In this document: positions 8,214-17,474 of the stretch, one piece after another
Numbering within the stretch: the stretch's first letter is position 1
Layout of the letters: the number at the start of each line of letters is the position of its first letter
DNA from: an uncultured Eubacteriales bacterium
Lineage (GTDB): Bacteria; Bacillota; Clostridia; Oscillospirales; CAG-272
DNA: 64,000 nucleotides
Assembly (NCBI GenBank): GCA_900547725.1
Contig: URHR01000001.1
Coordinates: 19,894-83,893, forward strand
Direction: 5' to 3'
Position numbers and translations under genes: made by a program
The notes under the pieces: generated by a model
The model's input: only the letters and a program-made list of their open reading frames with translations
The model's database searches: none
What the model was told of the DNA's origin: nothing

Positions 8214-10685
8214 ATGAGGCAATCCCCGATTCTTACCGCACCGAAAAGTCCCGCCACGCAAACCGTTCTTTGGCGGGATTTTCGTGTGACGGTTCTGTCC
8301 GACCGCCTCTTCCGCATTGAAGAGGATTCCACGCGCACCTTCAACGACCGCGCCACCCAGAGCGTTCTGTACCGCAACTTCCCGCCCGTCCCCTTCCGCA
8401 CCGGGGAAGCGGACGCCACGCTGACCGTTGCAACCGACGCCGCCGCGCTCACGCTGTCCGAAGATTCCGCGCAGTGCTTTGTCCTGTCGGGCGGGGTTCG
8501 CCATCCGCTTGACAACAGCGGCAATCTGCTCGGCACTACCCGCACGCTCGACTGTTTTGACGGGGAATACAACATCCGCGACGAGCACCGTCTCACGCTC
8601 TCGCCCGGAGTCTGCTCCCGCGACGGCGTTGCGGTTCTGGACGATACCGCGTCGCTCACGCTTGACGCGGACGGCTGTCCCGACATTGCCTCCCCCGACC
8701 GGAGCGACCGCTATGTCTTTGCCTACGGGCACGACTACCGCGCGGCGGTTCTCGCGCTTTACCGCCTGACGGGACTGCCGCCGATGCTCCCCCGCTTCGC
8801 CTTCGGAAACTGGTGGAGTCGCTACCACGCCTACACCGACCGGGAGTACCTGCATCTGATGGATCGCTTTGCCGCAGCGGACATCCCGCTCACGGTTGCA
8901 ACGCTTGACACCGACTGGCACTATTCCTCGCACCTCGACGAGGAGAAAGGCATTACCGCGAGCGGCAAAAACACCGCCGACCGGGGCTGTCTGGAAACGC
9001 CCGAGAACCGCAGAATCGGTTGGACAGGCTATTCGTGGAATCGCAACCTTTTCCCTGACCCGCACGCCTTTCTGCAGGCACTGCATCGGCGCGGCTTACG
9101 CGTCACGCTGAACCTGCACCCCGCCTCGGGCGTCCGCTATTACGAGGATGCTTACCCCGCCATGGCGGAAGCGATGGGCACAGACCCCAAGACCGAAGCG
9201 GTCATTCCCTTTGACGTGTCCTCCAAGCGTTTTCTGGAGGCTTACTTCCGCATCCTGCATCATCCCCTCGAGCAGGACGGCGTGGACTTCTGGTGGATCG
9301 ACTGGCAACAGGGCACTGCCTCCGCCAAGGACGGACTGGATCCTCTCTGGGCGCTCAACCATTACCATTACCTTGACCATGCCGCGCGCCACCGCCACCC
9401 GCTGATTATGTCCCGCTATGCGGGCATCGGCTCGCACCGCTACCCCATCGGTTTCTCGGGTGACACCACCATTTCGTGGGCAACCCTGCGCCTGATGCCC
9501 TATTTCACCGCAACCGCCGCAAACTGCGGCTACAGTTGGTGGAGTCACGATATCGGCGGGCATCACCTCGGGGAAAAAGATGACGAGCTTTACCTGCGCT
9601 TCCTGCAGTTCGGCGTGTTCAATCCCATCAACCGGATGCATTGCACCGACTCCCCCATGCTCACCAAAGAGCCATGGGCATACGAAAACGGAATCGGTCA
9701 GCTTGCCGCCGACGCCCTGCGCCTGCGCCACCGCATGATTCCCTATCTCTATTCCTGCAATCACCGCACCGCAACCGAGGGGCTTGCGCTCTGCGAGCCG
9801 CTCTACTACCAATACCCCGAATGCGGGGAAAGCTACCGTTACCCGAACGAATACCGCTTCGGTCAGCAGTTTCTGGTCGCACCGGTCACCGAGCACAGCC
9901 GCAGAAACGGATTGAGCGAAACGCCCGTCTGGTTGCCGGAGGGAATCTGGACAGACTTCTTCACGGGGGACGTCTACCGCGTCGGCAAAGGCGGAAAAGA
10001 ATTTGTCGCAATCCGCCCGACCGACAGCATCCCCGTTTTCGCCGAAGCGGGGGCGATCATGGTCTGCTCGGGCGATCCGGGAAACGCCTGCGGCAACCCG
10101 CACGCGTTGGAAGCGACCGTTTGGAACGGGAACGGCGGATTCCGCCTGTATGAGGATTGCGAGGACGGTGCCGAGTGCCTGACGGTCATCGGGACATCCT
10201 ACGACGCGCAGACGGGCACGCAGACCGTGACAATCCGCACCGAGGGTGACCGAAGCGTCCTCCCTCCCGACCGCCGGCTGACCATCCGCTTCCCGAATAT
10301 CGTCTCCCGCCACCCCGCCGATGAACTGCTTGCCCCGCAAACGGGCGATGTGACCGTCGCGGTCGAGCGAAACGGACAGAACACCGCCTTCGAAGCAGAT
10401 ACCTACGCAGAAGCCTCGGTCACGCTGACCGAATATGACCCTGCCGCGACCTATACCGTCCGCGTCACCGCACCTGCCGTGGATATTCTGACCGAGAAGA
10501 AACGCGAGGTCATCGCAAAACTGCAAAAAACGCAGGCAACCTTCTCTGTCCGCAGGAAAGTTGCCGAAAAGGTGCAGACCGCAGAGAACATCGACTGTCT
10601 GCAGGGACGGATTCTGCTTTCCGACCTCGGCGAGCAGGAAAAGAAACGCCTGTGCGAAACGCTCTTCCCGGACGAAGCCACATAA
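8214..10685 (+). CDS. Glycoside hydrolase family 31 (alpha-glycosidase), cytoplasmic
   Basis: Motifs FGNWWSRYHAYT, VDFWWIDWQQG, GFSGDTTISW, WWSHDIGGH. RBS AAAGGAG. No signal peptide. Confidence 0.9.
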   Translation: MRQSPILTAPKSPATQTVLWRDFRVTVLSDRLFRIEEDSTRTFNDRATQSVLYRNFPPVPFRTGEADATLTVATDAAALTLSEDSAQCFVLSGGVRHPLDNSGNLLGTTRTLDCFDGEYNIRDEHRLTLSPGVCSRDGVAVLDDTASLTLDADGCPDIASPDRSDRYVFAYGHDYRAAVLALYRLTGLPPMLPRFAFGNWWSRYHAYTDREYLHLMDRFAAADIPLTVATLDTDWHYSSHLDEEKGITASGKNTADRGCLETPENRRIGWTGYSWNRNLFPDPHAFLQALHRRGLRVTLNLHPASGVRYYEDAYPAMAEAMGTDPKTEAVIPFDVSSKRFLEAYFRILHHPLEQDGVDFWWIDWQQGTASAKDGLDPLWALNHYHYLDHAARHRHPLIMSRYAGIGSHRYPIGFSGDTTISWATLRLMPYFTATAANCGYSWWSHDIGGHHLGEKDDELYLRFLQFGVFNPINRMHCTDSPMLTKEPWAYENGIGQLAADALRLRHRMIPYLYSCNHRTATEGLALCEPLYYQYPECGESYRYPNEYRFGQQFLVAPVTEHSRRNGLSETPVWLPEGIWTDFFTGDVYRVGKGGKEFVAIRPTDSIPVFAEAGAIMVCSGDPGNACGNPHALEATVWNGNGGFRLYEDCEDGAECLTVIGTSYDAQTGTQTVTIRTEGDRSVLPPDRRLTIRFPNIVSRHPADELLAPQTGDVTVAVERNGQNTAFEADTYAEASVTLTEYDPAATYTVRVTAPAVDILTEKKREVIAKLQKTQATFSVRRKVAEKVQTAENIDCLQGRILLSDLGEQEKKRLCETLFPDEAT

Positions 10686-10895
10686 AAACGAAGTTTCTTG
10701 CCGAATCCGGGTTTCTCTCCTGTTTGTTTTGGCGTAAATTCTTTTTCCTTGCTTTCCGGTATTTCTTTTTCGTGTTCCCCGATATGTCGGTACGCGCTTG
10801 ACATCAAAATCCCTCCTGTGGCAGTTGCAGACATCGATCTGCTCTGCCATAGGAGGGCTTCTTTCCATTGTGTGTTTTTACGGACCTGTGCATCG

Positions 10896-10927
10896 CGGAT
10901 AAGCGGATTTTTACACCCGCTTATCCG
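10896..10927 (+). terminator. Rho-independent terminator after GH31
   Basis: An 11-bp stem CGGATAAGCGG / CCGCTTATCCG with a 10-nt loop, followed by ATTTTGTT. Confidence 0.55.
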
Positions 10928-10956
10928 ATTTTGTTGATCAGATCATAACGGTTCCG

Positions 10957-13218
10957 TTATTTTACCCTGATGCTACCGCCAACAACCTTGTTTACGTCAT
11001 ATGTAATGCCTGTTACGTCAATCTCAATACGAATCTTTCCGTCGGAAGGAATTACGCAACCGCTTTGAGAGGTTATGTTATAAGTGCCGTCTCCGTTCGG
11101 ATCAACGACTCCGACTCTGACGATTTTGGCTTCAAACAGTTTTGTTCCTGTGCTGTCGGAAACGATAACCGTTTGTCCTACTTGGAAAGACCCTGCTCTG
11201 ACAGTGGTCCACATTGACAATTTTTTGTTATTCGCGGCATCAATTGATTCGGATTTTCCCGTTATCTGCTTTGAAATCCCCTTTTCCGACGGAGCAACAG
11301 TGATTTCCACTTTTGTCTGACCTGCGCTCTTGACAATCTTGTAGTTGCTTAAATTAGCGTTCGACGTCGAAGTAAGTCTGAAACAATCAAGATTACTTTG
11401 TACCGATACTTGTTTCTTTTGGTCGAGTTTCACATAGTTGGGGTTCGTATCGCTGAGTTCCAATCCGGCTTTTCCGTTTACAAGCCTTAATGTAATCGTC
11501 TCCCCTGCGACAGGTGTGTACGTAGCAAGATACAACAGATCTCCGTTTTGCAAAATGGCACTGGTTGTGACATAGCCCTTTTCCAATTTGATTTCAACTT
11601 GTGAAATTTTGAAAGTTTTGATTTCGGAAACCACAGCCGCCCATTCGTCCGTTGCCGTGACGCCGATGCGGTATTCATATTCGGCAGCGTTCTTGGGAAT
11701 ATATTTGTCTGTAACTTTTGTCCACAATACTTCGCCTTTTCTACGGAACTCTACATATTTTTCGCCGGAGTCCAAAGCCGACGTGAAATTCTCTACGCCG
11801 TCATGTGTAGGTGCGCCAAATTTGATAAGAAGGTTATTAAATGTGAAGTTCGCAACAGGTTTGCCGTCGTACGTTTTACCCGTAAAGCTCTTAACGGTAA
11901 GCGTTCTTGGTTTCGCCTTTACGGTGAAGGATACGTACTCGGTGGCTCCGAAATTGTAGTTTACACCGTCATCGTATTGAATACGCACGCGGTATGTACC
12001 CGTTTTCTCGTTCCTTACTTCCTCTTTTGTAAGGGTACGACTCCAAACGCCTCCTTCAAGTTGTTTTTCCCAGACGATCGTCTTTGCGCCGTAACCATCA
12101 CCGATTTCAACGTAACCGGTTGTGGGATCGGGGATATTCGTTGCGCCGACAAAGAACTCGGTAAATGCGCTCGCATTGCTGATTTCAAAGTTGATGTCCG
12201 CTTTGATGATTGCCGCAGTGATGTCTGCTCTTGCAAGACTGTAATTGCCCGCGTCTTTCCCGGTGAGTTCAAAGCTTTGGACTGCCGCGCCGACGTTTTT
12301 GCTTGTCATCGTGATTGTTGCGGTAACCGTTTCGCCGTCAAGAACACCCGTAAGGGTTGCGGGCATGGTTGCGTTGCCGTCATACTCTTTGGTTGCCGCC
12401 CCGGTAAGCTCTTTCTTTGCGATTGCAAAGTCGAAAGTTTTTGACGCGGCTTTCCACTCTGCCGTGGCTTCTGCGCTGACTTTCACGGTATATTCGCCGA
12501 CATTCGTCGGAGCGGTTGCGGTATACGTATTGTCATCCGCGCCTTTTACCTTGAACATAAGTGCAGGTTCGCGATTGCCTTCAATTGCGAAATCGGCTTT
12601 CGTAATCGCAATCATCTGTCTGTCATAAGTCTTACCGAGCGTTTTTCCGTCTGCAAGCTTGATTTCATTGTCTTTTGCACCAAGTGCGTCGATGGTCACT
12701 TTCTTTTCGTAACCGCATTTCGTGCAGGTGAAAGTCTTTTCGCCGACTACGCCGTAGCCTTCCGGTTTGGTAACCACGCCTTCGTCAAAGGTATGCGCGG
12801 CGAAATCTTTGGTTTTGTCCGCGTGTCCGCAGGTTGTCGGGCGATAGTGTCCGCTTTCTTCGGTGTTCACCCATGCGTTCATATCATATTTGTGGGTGTG
12901 CGGAAGGACTTCGATCTTTTTGGTATAGCTGTATCCGCAGGTTTTGCACGTAAAGGTTCTGACGCCTTCCGTTTCCTCGGTGGGTTCGGTTGTAACTACC
13001 CCATCGTTGAACTCGTGCGGGAGTTTCTCCGTTGTGTCGGTGTGTTTCTTCGCGGTGCACGCGTGCCAGTGACAGGCTTCGTCCGTTGACCATTCGGTGG
13101 AAAACTCATGTTTCGGCGTAAGTGCGATCGGCAGTACGATGGCGCATGTCACGCCCGCCCCCAGGACGCACGCGAGGACGATTGCCAATACCTTGTGTGA
13201 TAAAATCCAGCTTTTCAT
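10957..13218 (-). CDS. N-terminally membrane-anchored surface protein with Cys/His-rich modules and MBG/YDG-type repeats
   Basis: N-terminal TM segment VLAIVLACVLGAGVTCAIVLPIAL. Modules HEFNDGVVT..TFTCKTCGYSY and HTFDEGVVT..TFTCTKCGYEK. Repeat KEYDGNATMPATLTGVLDGETVTA. RBS AAAGGGG. Confidence 0.8.
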   Translation of the reverse strand: MKSWILSHKVLAIVLACVLGAGVTCAIVLPIALTPKHEFSTEWSTDEACHWHACTAKKHTDTTEKLPHEFNDGVVTTEPTEETEGVRTFTCKTCGYSYTKKIEVLPHTHKYDMNAWVNTEESGHYRPTTCGHADKTKDFAAHTFDEGVVTKPEGYGVVGEKTFTCTKCGYEKKVTIDALGAKDNEIKLADGKTLGKTYDRQMIAITKADFAIEGNREPALMFKVKGADDNTYTATAPTNVGEYTVKVSAEATAEWKAASKTFDFAIAKKELTGAATKEYDGNATMPATLTGVLDGETVTATITMTSKNVGAAVQSFELTGKDAGNYSLARADITAAIIKADINFEISNASAFTEFFVGATNIPDPTTGYVEIGDGYGAKTIVWEKQLEGGVWSRTLTKEEVRNEKTGTYRVRIQYDDGVNYNFGATEYVSFTVKAKPRTLTVKSFTGKTYDGKPVANFTFNNLLIKFGAPTHDGVENFTSALDSGEKYVEFRRKGEVLWTKVTDKYIPKNAAEYEYRIGVTATDEWAAVVSEIKTFKISQVEIKLEKGYVTTSAILQNGDLLYLATYTPVAGETITLRLVNGKAGLELSDTNPNYVKLDQKKQVSVQSNLDCFRLTSTSNANLSNYKIVKSAGQTKVEITVAPSEKGISKQITGKSESIDAANNKKLSMWTTVRAGSFQVGQTVIVSDSTGTKLFEAKIVRVGVVDPNGDGTYNITSQSGCVIPSDGKIRIEIDVTGITYDVNKVVGGSIRVK

Positions 13219-13350
13219 AAATACCCCTTTCGTGTTATCGGTTTGTTTCGGTTCTGAAGCGGGTAAAACAACCGGCTTCCATTCTCATTGTGTTATGGAA
13301 AAACAGTTTTTTCGCCGTTCGCGGGCGGTTGATTTGCTGCCCGCGAACGC

Positions 13351-16300
13351 TCAGTTGCCCGGGTTTTCTACAAACTTTGCGTACACATACATTCTTTCGT
13401 GAACGGTAAAGGTACAGGTTGCGTCCGCCGATATGAGTTCTTCGCTCTGATCGTTAACGGATTGATACCAGCCGACGAAAGTAAATCCTTCGTTCGCCTC
13501 GGCGCGGAGCGTTATCTGCGCGCCCGCTTCAACCGCTCTGCCGTTGCCGAACTCGACCTTTTGCCCGTTTTCGGTAATGCGCCCTCCGTTATAAGGCGCT
13601 ACGTAAGCGTTGAAAAGATGCATTTCTTTCTCTGCAAATTTTGCGAAAACGTACAGATCGCGGTTTACCGTAAAGGTATAAGTCGCGTTCTCGGATATCA
13701 GCGTTTCGGCTTGCTGCTCGTTATAGAAATACCAGCCGAGGAAGTGATACCCTTCGTTTGCGACGGCGGTAAGAGTCACCCGCGCTCCCTTTTCAACCAT
13801 TCTGCCGTTGCCGAATTCGACCTTTTGACCGTTTTCGGTGATATAACCCCAGTTATACTCGTAACACTGCGCAAGGAAGCTGACCTGTTCCACGATTCTG
13901 ATCGTGATTACCACCTTGAACGCGGGGTTGGCAAGATAGGTGTAAGTAACGGTGTAAGAGCCGACCTTGCTCGTATCGAGCATATTGTTTGCGCTGACGC
14001 CGATCGTGCTTTCCACACGGTATTCCAGACCGCGGCAAAGTCTCTCGTATTTGTCACCGACTTTTCCGAGTACATTGACGTGTTCAAAATCAACCCAGAT
14101 TTCGCTGTTCAGATTGAATACGTATTCTTCTTTCGGGTTGCCGTTTCCGTCGGTTTCAAAGCCGAAATCGTTCAGGTCATGGAGCTTAATCCCGGTAACG
14201 ATGCCTCTGAACAAAGCGGTCAGATTCACATTGCCGGTTTCTTCGCTTACGGTAAAGGTGTATTTCAGGTCGGTCGAGAGCAACGAGTCCGCATTGTAGC
14301 CTTCGCTGTCGGAAGAGTAAAACCAGCCTATAAAGCGGTAGCCCGCGTTGGGTTTCACTTCGACGGTAACGCTTGCCTTATCGGGCAGGTCGTCGATATA
14401 CAGGTGTCCTTCGTCGGAAACGCCCGCGCTTGTGAATACGCCCGCGTCAGGACTCTCGATTATCGCATTGACGGAGAACGAATAGTCGAATCTTGCATAA
14501 ACGGTAGCGTCTTCGGTTACGGTGAACTCGTAAACGTCTTTGTCGGAAATAAGCGCGGCGGTTTCGCCTTCGCCGTCGTACCAGCCGACGAATTTAAAGT
14601 AAACGGTTTCTCCGCTTGCCGAAACTCTGACCTTTGACCCCTCGGTAACCACAAATTGCAGTTGCTTTTCGGCGGGAGAATACCCCTCCGAATTATTGTC
14701 GTAAAGGTTTCCGTGTTCGCCCGCGATAACGGTTAAGGTAACGCGTTCCTTTTCGGCAAACTTCGCGAAAAGATAGGTGTTATCGGTTATCGTAAAGGTT
14801 TCGGTCGCGTTCGACGAATAGAAGCGTTGTTCTTCTTCGAAAGAGTTGGTTATATACCAGCCGGCAAACTTGTACCCTTCGTTGGGTACAGCCGTCAGCG
14901 TGAGCGTTCCGCCGAGGTCGACTTCTTCCCGGTATCCGTCGGGATCTCTTACCACGACCTGACCGTCTTTCTGTATCACGCCTTGCGTGCCATCCCGATC
15001 CAGCAGATACGAATACGTTTCGGCTTTGGGGACGTTTACCTTGAGCGTGGCACGGACGGTCTTGTCATACTTGTAAGTAATTACAATTTCATGATCGCCC
15101 GTCTTTGTGTAGTCGACTTTGCTTGCGTCGACCGTGTATTCGGACGCGTCAAGAACGTTGCCGTTGTTCGTCGTTACGGTAAGCCCCCTAAGGTCGGCTT
15201 GCTTTTTGGTCGACAGGTTGTAATGGAAGAATCCGGATTCAAACCCTTCGCAGGTTACGTCAAGCGTCTCGACCGCCTCCACGAACAGGGCTTTGATATG
15301 CACGTCTGCGCCGTTCTGCCGGAATACGTATTCGGCTTCGGTCGAAACGGGTTCTTCGGAAAGGTTGCCCTCTTCGTCTACCAGATACCAGCCGACGAAC
15401 CTGTATCCTTCGGCGGGCTTTGCCAGTAACTCTCTTCTGCCGCCGAGCGCGAAATAATTTAAAACAAGGGGATCGTTACTCGTTTTCATTTCGGAAAACG
15501 CATTGCTTTTCTCCGTGACAGAGCCTTTGCCTGCGAATTCGACGGTAAGATGCGCGAACTGTTCGGAAACGTACACGTAGAAAGCGTTGTACACTTCATC
15601 TTTCATCGCTTTGTTGATCCTGCTGAAATGTACCGTGTATTTCATGTAGTAGACGCCTTCCTTATTGAAATCCAGTCCGCCGTAATCGATCGAATAATCG
15701 CCGAAGAACAATCGTACGTGTTCGTACACGTTGCCGTCGGTCGGGTTGTCTTTACGGCGAAGACCTCTTTCGTCCAGCTTCAGGAAGTCGGTTTCGGGCG
15801 TGCCGGGTTTGTAATACAATACGTTTTGCGCTTCAAGCGGCATCTCGCCCTCTCTGTATACCCGAGGCAGTCCCGACTCGCCCACCCAGTGTATCAACTG
15901 ATAAACGTCGGTTTTGAGATTGGATTTTTCGGGTTTGATTTTGAACATCGCGATGATGTTCAGATCAAAGTCGCTCATGCCGATTTCGTAAGTCGCATTT
16001 TTGGAGATAAGATCGCCGAGAACGCCGCCGGCGTACCATGTGTACCAACCGTCGAATTCGAAATCGCGATCGGGTACGGCGGTAAGGCTGTACTTCTGAT
16101 CTTTATCGGTGAAGATCAGCTGTTTTTCGGTGTAGGCGTCATATTTTTCTTCTATATAGAAGTTGCCGCCTTTTCCGGCTTTCACCGTAATGTCGCTGTT
16201 CTTCTCGGAAACATAAACGGTTATAACAAGGGTGAGTTCTTTTTCGTCGCTGACTCTGACCTTATATTCCACGCGATACTCGCCCTCTTTGGAATAATCG

Positions 16301-17325
16301 ATTTCGTCAAGCCCCGAAACGACGTATTGTTCGGGTGCAAGAAGCGTGTACACTTGTCTGAAGCCTTTTTCCTTTTTGCCCTTGATGATCAGTTTGCTTA
16401 AGTCGATTCCTGTCTGATTGCCGGGTTTGATGTATACCGACGTGGCGGCTCTTCCGTCCGCATAGCCCTTAGGCATATTCGAATCGCCGGGGAACGCCCA
16501 TATGCTTTCCATATCGGTAAGATCAGCCGCGAATTTGCAAACGATCGTCGTTATGCCGGCAACGGGTTCGTAATCAAAGCGGCTTTCCGTTGAAAACGGA
16601 GTGCTTTCGATTGCGCCGTCTTTCTCCATAAACCAGCCGCCAGGAACAAAATCATATCCGCATTCAACGGAAAGATGCAATTTTTTGTTCGCTTTGGAAT
16701 AGATTGTCTTTTCTTCGCCGGAATAGATTTTGTCAATTACATGGTCAATTATCCTATACTCTACCCCATAATAAAATTCGATTTCAGACGATACGACAAC
16801 CGTTCCCTCGCACGGACCGGGATTCTTTATCACGAGTTCCGAACTATTAGAGTTGTCAAGAAAAGCGAAAAAAGAGAAAGAGTCCGTTTCAAAAATAACG
16901 TTCCCGTCTTTGAACTCGCAGTCGAGTCGTTCGACATTGTTTTCGTTCTTGATGTGGAAAACAATATATTCTTCAACGCCTTCTATGGGTGCGGGTACGG
17001 ATACTTTGACTTTTCCGTCGGGTTGAACCTTTACGCCGTCGGATTCTACCGAAATGTCGATGACCGACATTTTTTCGTCGGCGAGCAACTTAAACTCTAC
17101 GGGCAGTTTGTCAATCGTACTTTTTGCGGTTTCTTCTGTCATTTCCACTTTTTCGGTTATAAGCTTTGCCTTTTTCCCGAAATTTCCGCCGGTAAGCGTA
17201 ACTCCCATGCTGCTTTTCAGTTCATCCGTTTTGGCGTCGCAGCTGTTGCAACCGCTGCAGCCTGCAAAAATGCACAGGCATAATGCGAACAATATCCCGG
17301 ATAGGACGCAAAGTAGTTTCTTCAT
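13351..17325 (-). CDS. 1324-aa lipoprotein built from Listeria-Bacteroides (Flg_new) type repeats
   Basis: Lipobox LCLCIFAGCSGC. There are at least 7 modules ending in G(Y/F)xFxGW(Y/F), namely FEFDGWY, YRFVGWY, YKFAGWY, FKFVGWY, YRFIGWF, YHFLGWY and FTFVGWY. RBS AAGGGAGAA. Confidence 0.85.
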   Translation of the reverse strand: MKKLLCVLSGILFALCLCIFAGCSGCNSCDAKTDELKSSMGVTLTGGNFGKKAKLITEKVEMTEETAKSTIDKLPVEFKLLADEKMSVIDISVESDGVKVQPDGKVKVSVPAPIEGVEEYIVFHIKNENNVERLDCEFKDGNVIFETDSFSFFAFLDNSNSSELVIKNPGPCEGTVVVSSEIEFYYGVEYRIIDHVIDKIYSGEEKTIYSKANKKLHLSVECGYDFVPGGWFMEKDGAIESTPFSTESRFDYEPVAGITTIVCKFAADLTDMESIWAFPGDSNMPKGYADGRAATSVYIKPGNQTGIDLSKLIIKGKKEKGFRQVYTLLAPEQYVVSGLDEIDYSKEGEYRVEYKVRVSDEKELTLVITVYVSEKNSDITVKAGKGGNFYIEEKYDAYTEKQLIFTDKDQKYSLTAVPDRDFEFDGWYTWYAGGVLGDLISKNATYEIGMSDFDLNIIAMFKIKPEKSNLKTDVYQLIHWVGESGLPRVYREGEMPLEAQNVLYYKPGTPETDFLKLDERGLRRKDNPTDGNVYEHVRLFFGDYSIDYGGLDFNKEGVYYMKYTVHFSRINKAMKDEVYNAFYVYVSEQFAHLTVEFAGKGSVTEKSNAFSEMKTSNDPLVLNYFALGGRRELLAKPAEGYRFVGWYLVDEEGNLSEEPVSTEAEYVFRQNGADVHIKALFVEAVETLDVTCEGFESGFFHYNLSTKKQADLRGLTVTTNNGNVLDASEYTVDASKVDYTKTGDHEIVITYKYDKTVRATLKVNVPKAETYSYLLDRDGTQGVIQKDGQVVVRDPDGYREEVDLGGTLTLTAVPNEGYKFAGWYITNSFEEEQRFYSSNATETFTITDNTYLFAKFAEKERVTLTVIAGEHGNLYDNNSEGYSPAEKQLQFVVTEGSKVRVSASGETVYFKFVGWYDGEGETAALISDKDVYEFTVTEDATVYARFDYSFSVNAIIESPDAGVFTSAGVSDEGHLYIDDLPDKASVTVEVKPNAGYRFIGWFYSSDSEGYNADSLLSTDLKYTFTVSEETGNVNLTALFRGIVTGIKLHDLNDFGFETDGNGNPKEEYVFNLNSEIWVDFEHVNVLGKVGDKYERLCRGLEYRVESTIGVSANNMLDTSKVGSYTVTYTYLANPAFKVVITIRIVEQVSFLAQCYEYNWGYITENGQKVEFGNGRMVEKGARVTLTAVANEGYHFLGWYFYNEQQAETLISENATYTFTVNRDLYVFAKFAEKEMHLFNAYVAPYNGGRITENGQKVEFGNGRAVEAGAQITLRAEANEGFTFVGWYQSVNDQSEELISADATCTFTVHERMYVYAKFVENPGN
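13354..13881 (-). repeat. Intragenic tandem duplication of the last two repeat modules
   Basis: Modules at 13354-13620 and 13621-13881 share ITENGQKVEFGNGR..V..GA..TL.A.ANEG..F.GWY and near-identical DNA runs (ctgccgttgccgaa(c/t)tcgaccttttg). Confidence 0.6.
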
Positions 17326-17474
17326 GGTTTTCTCCCTTTCTTTTTGTTCTTTCAGACTGCGGTTGGAAATTGCGATTCTGAAAATTGTGCCCGGGTATTT
17401 GAGCTTTTCCGCGTTGCAAAAGGATTCTTTTCCCCCCCTGCCGTTGTGTACCGAAAATCTGCTTACCGGCGTTT

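Noticed and set aside
10451-10834. Minus-strand ORF with a good RBS (AGGAGGGATTTTGATG at about 10804) converging into the GH31 3' end
   Set aside because: It overlaps the GH31 coding region by more than 100 nt in antisense. The product (MSSAYRHIGEHEKEIPESKEKEF..) has no recognisable feature or paralog. I kept it as unsupported rather than calling a gene.
13317-13348. Hairpin GTTCGCGGGC-N12-GCCCGCGAAC just after the 13351 gene
   Set aside because: The stem is real, but on the minus strand it is followed by GGCGAAAAAAC rather than a U-tract. I did not call a terminator.
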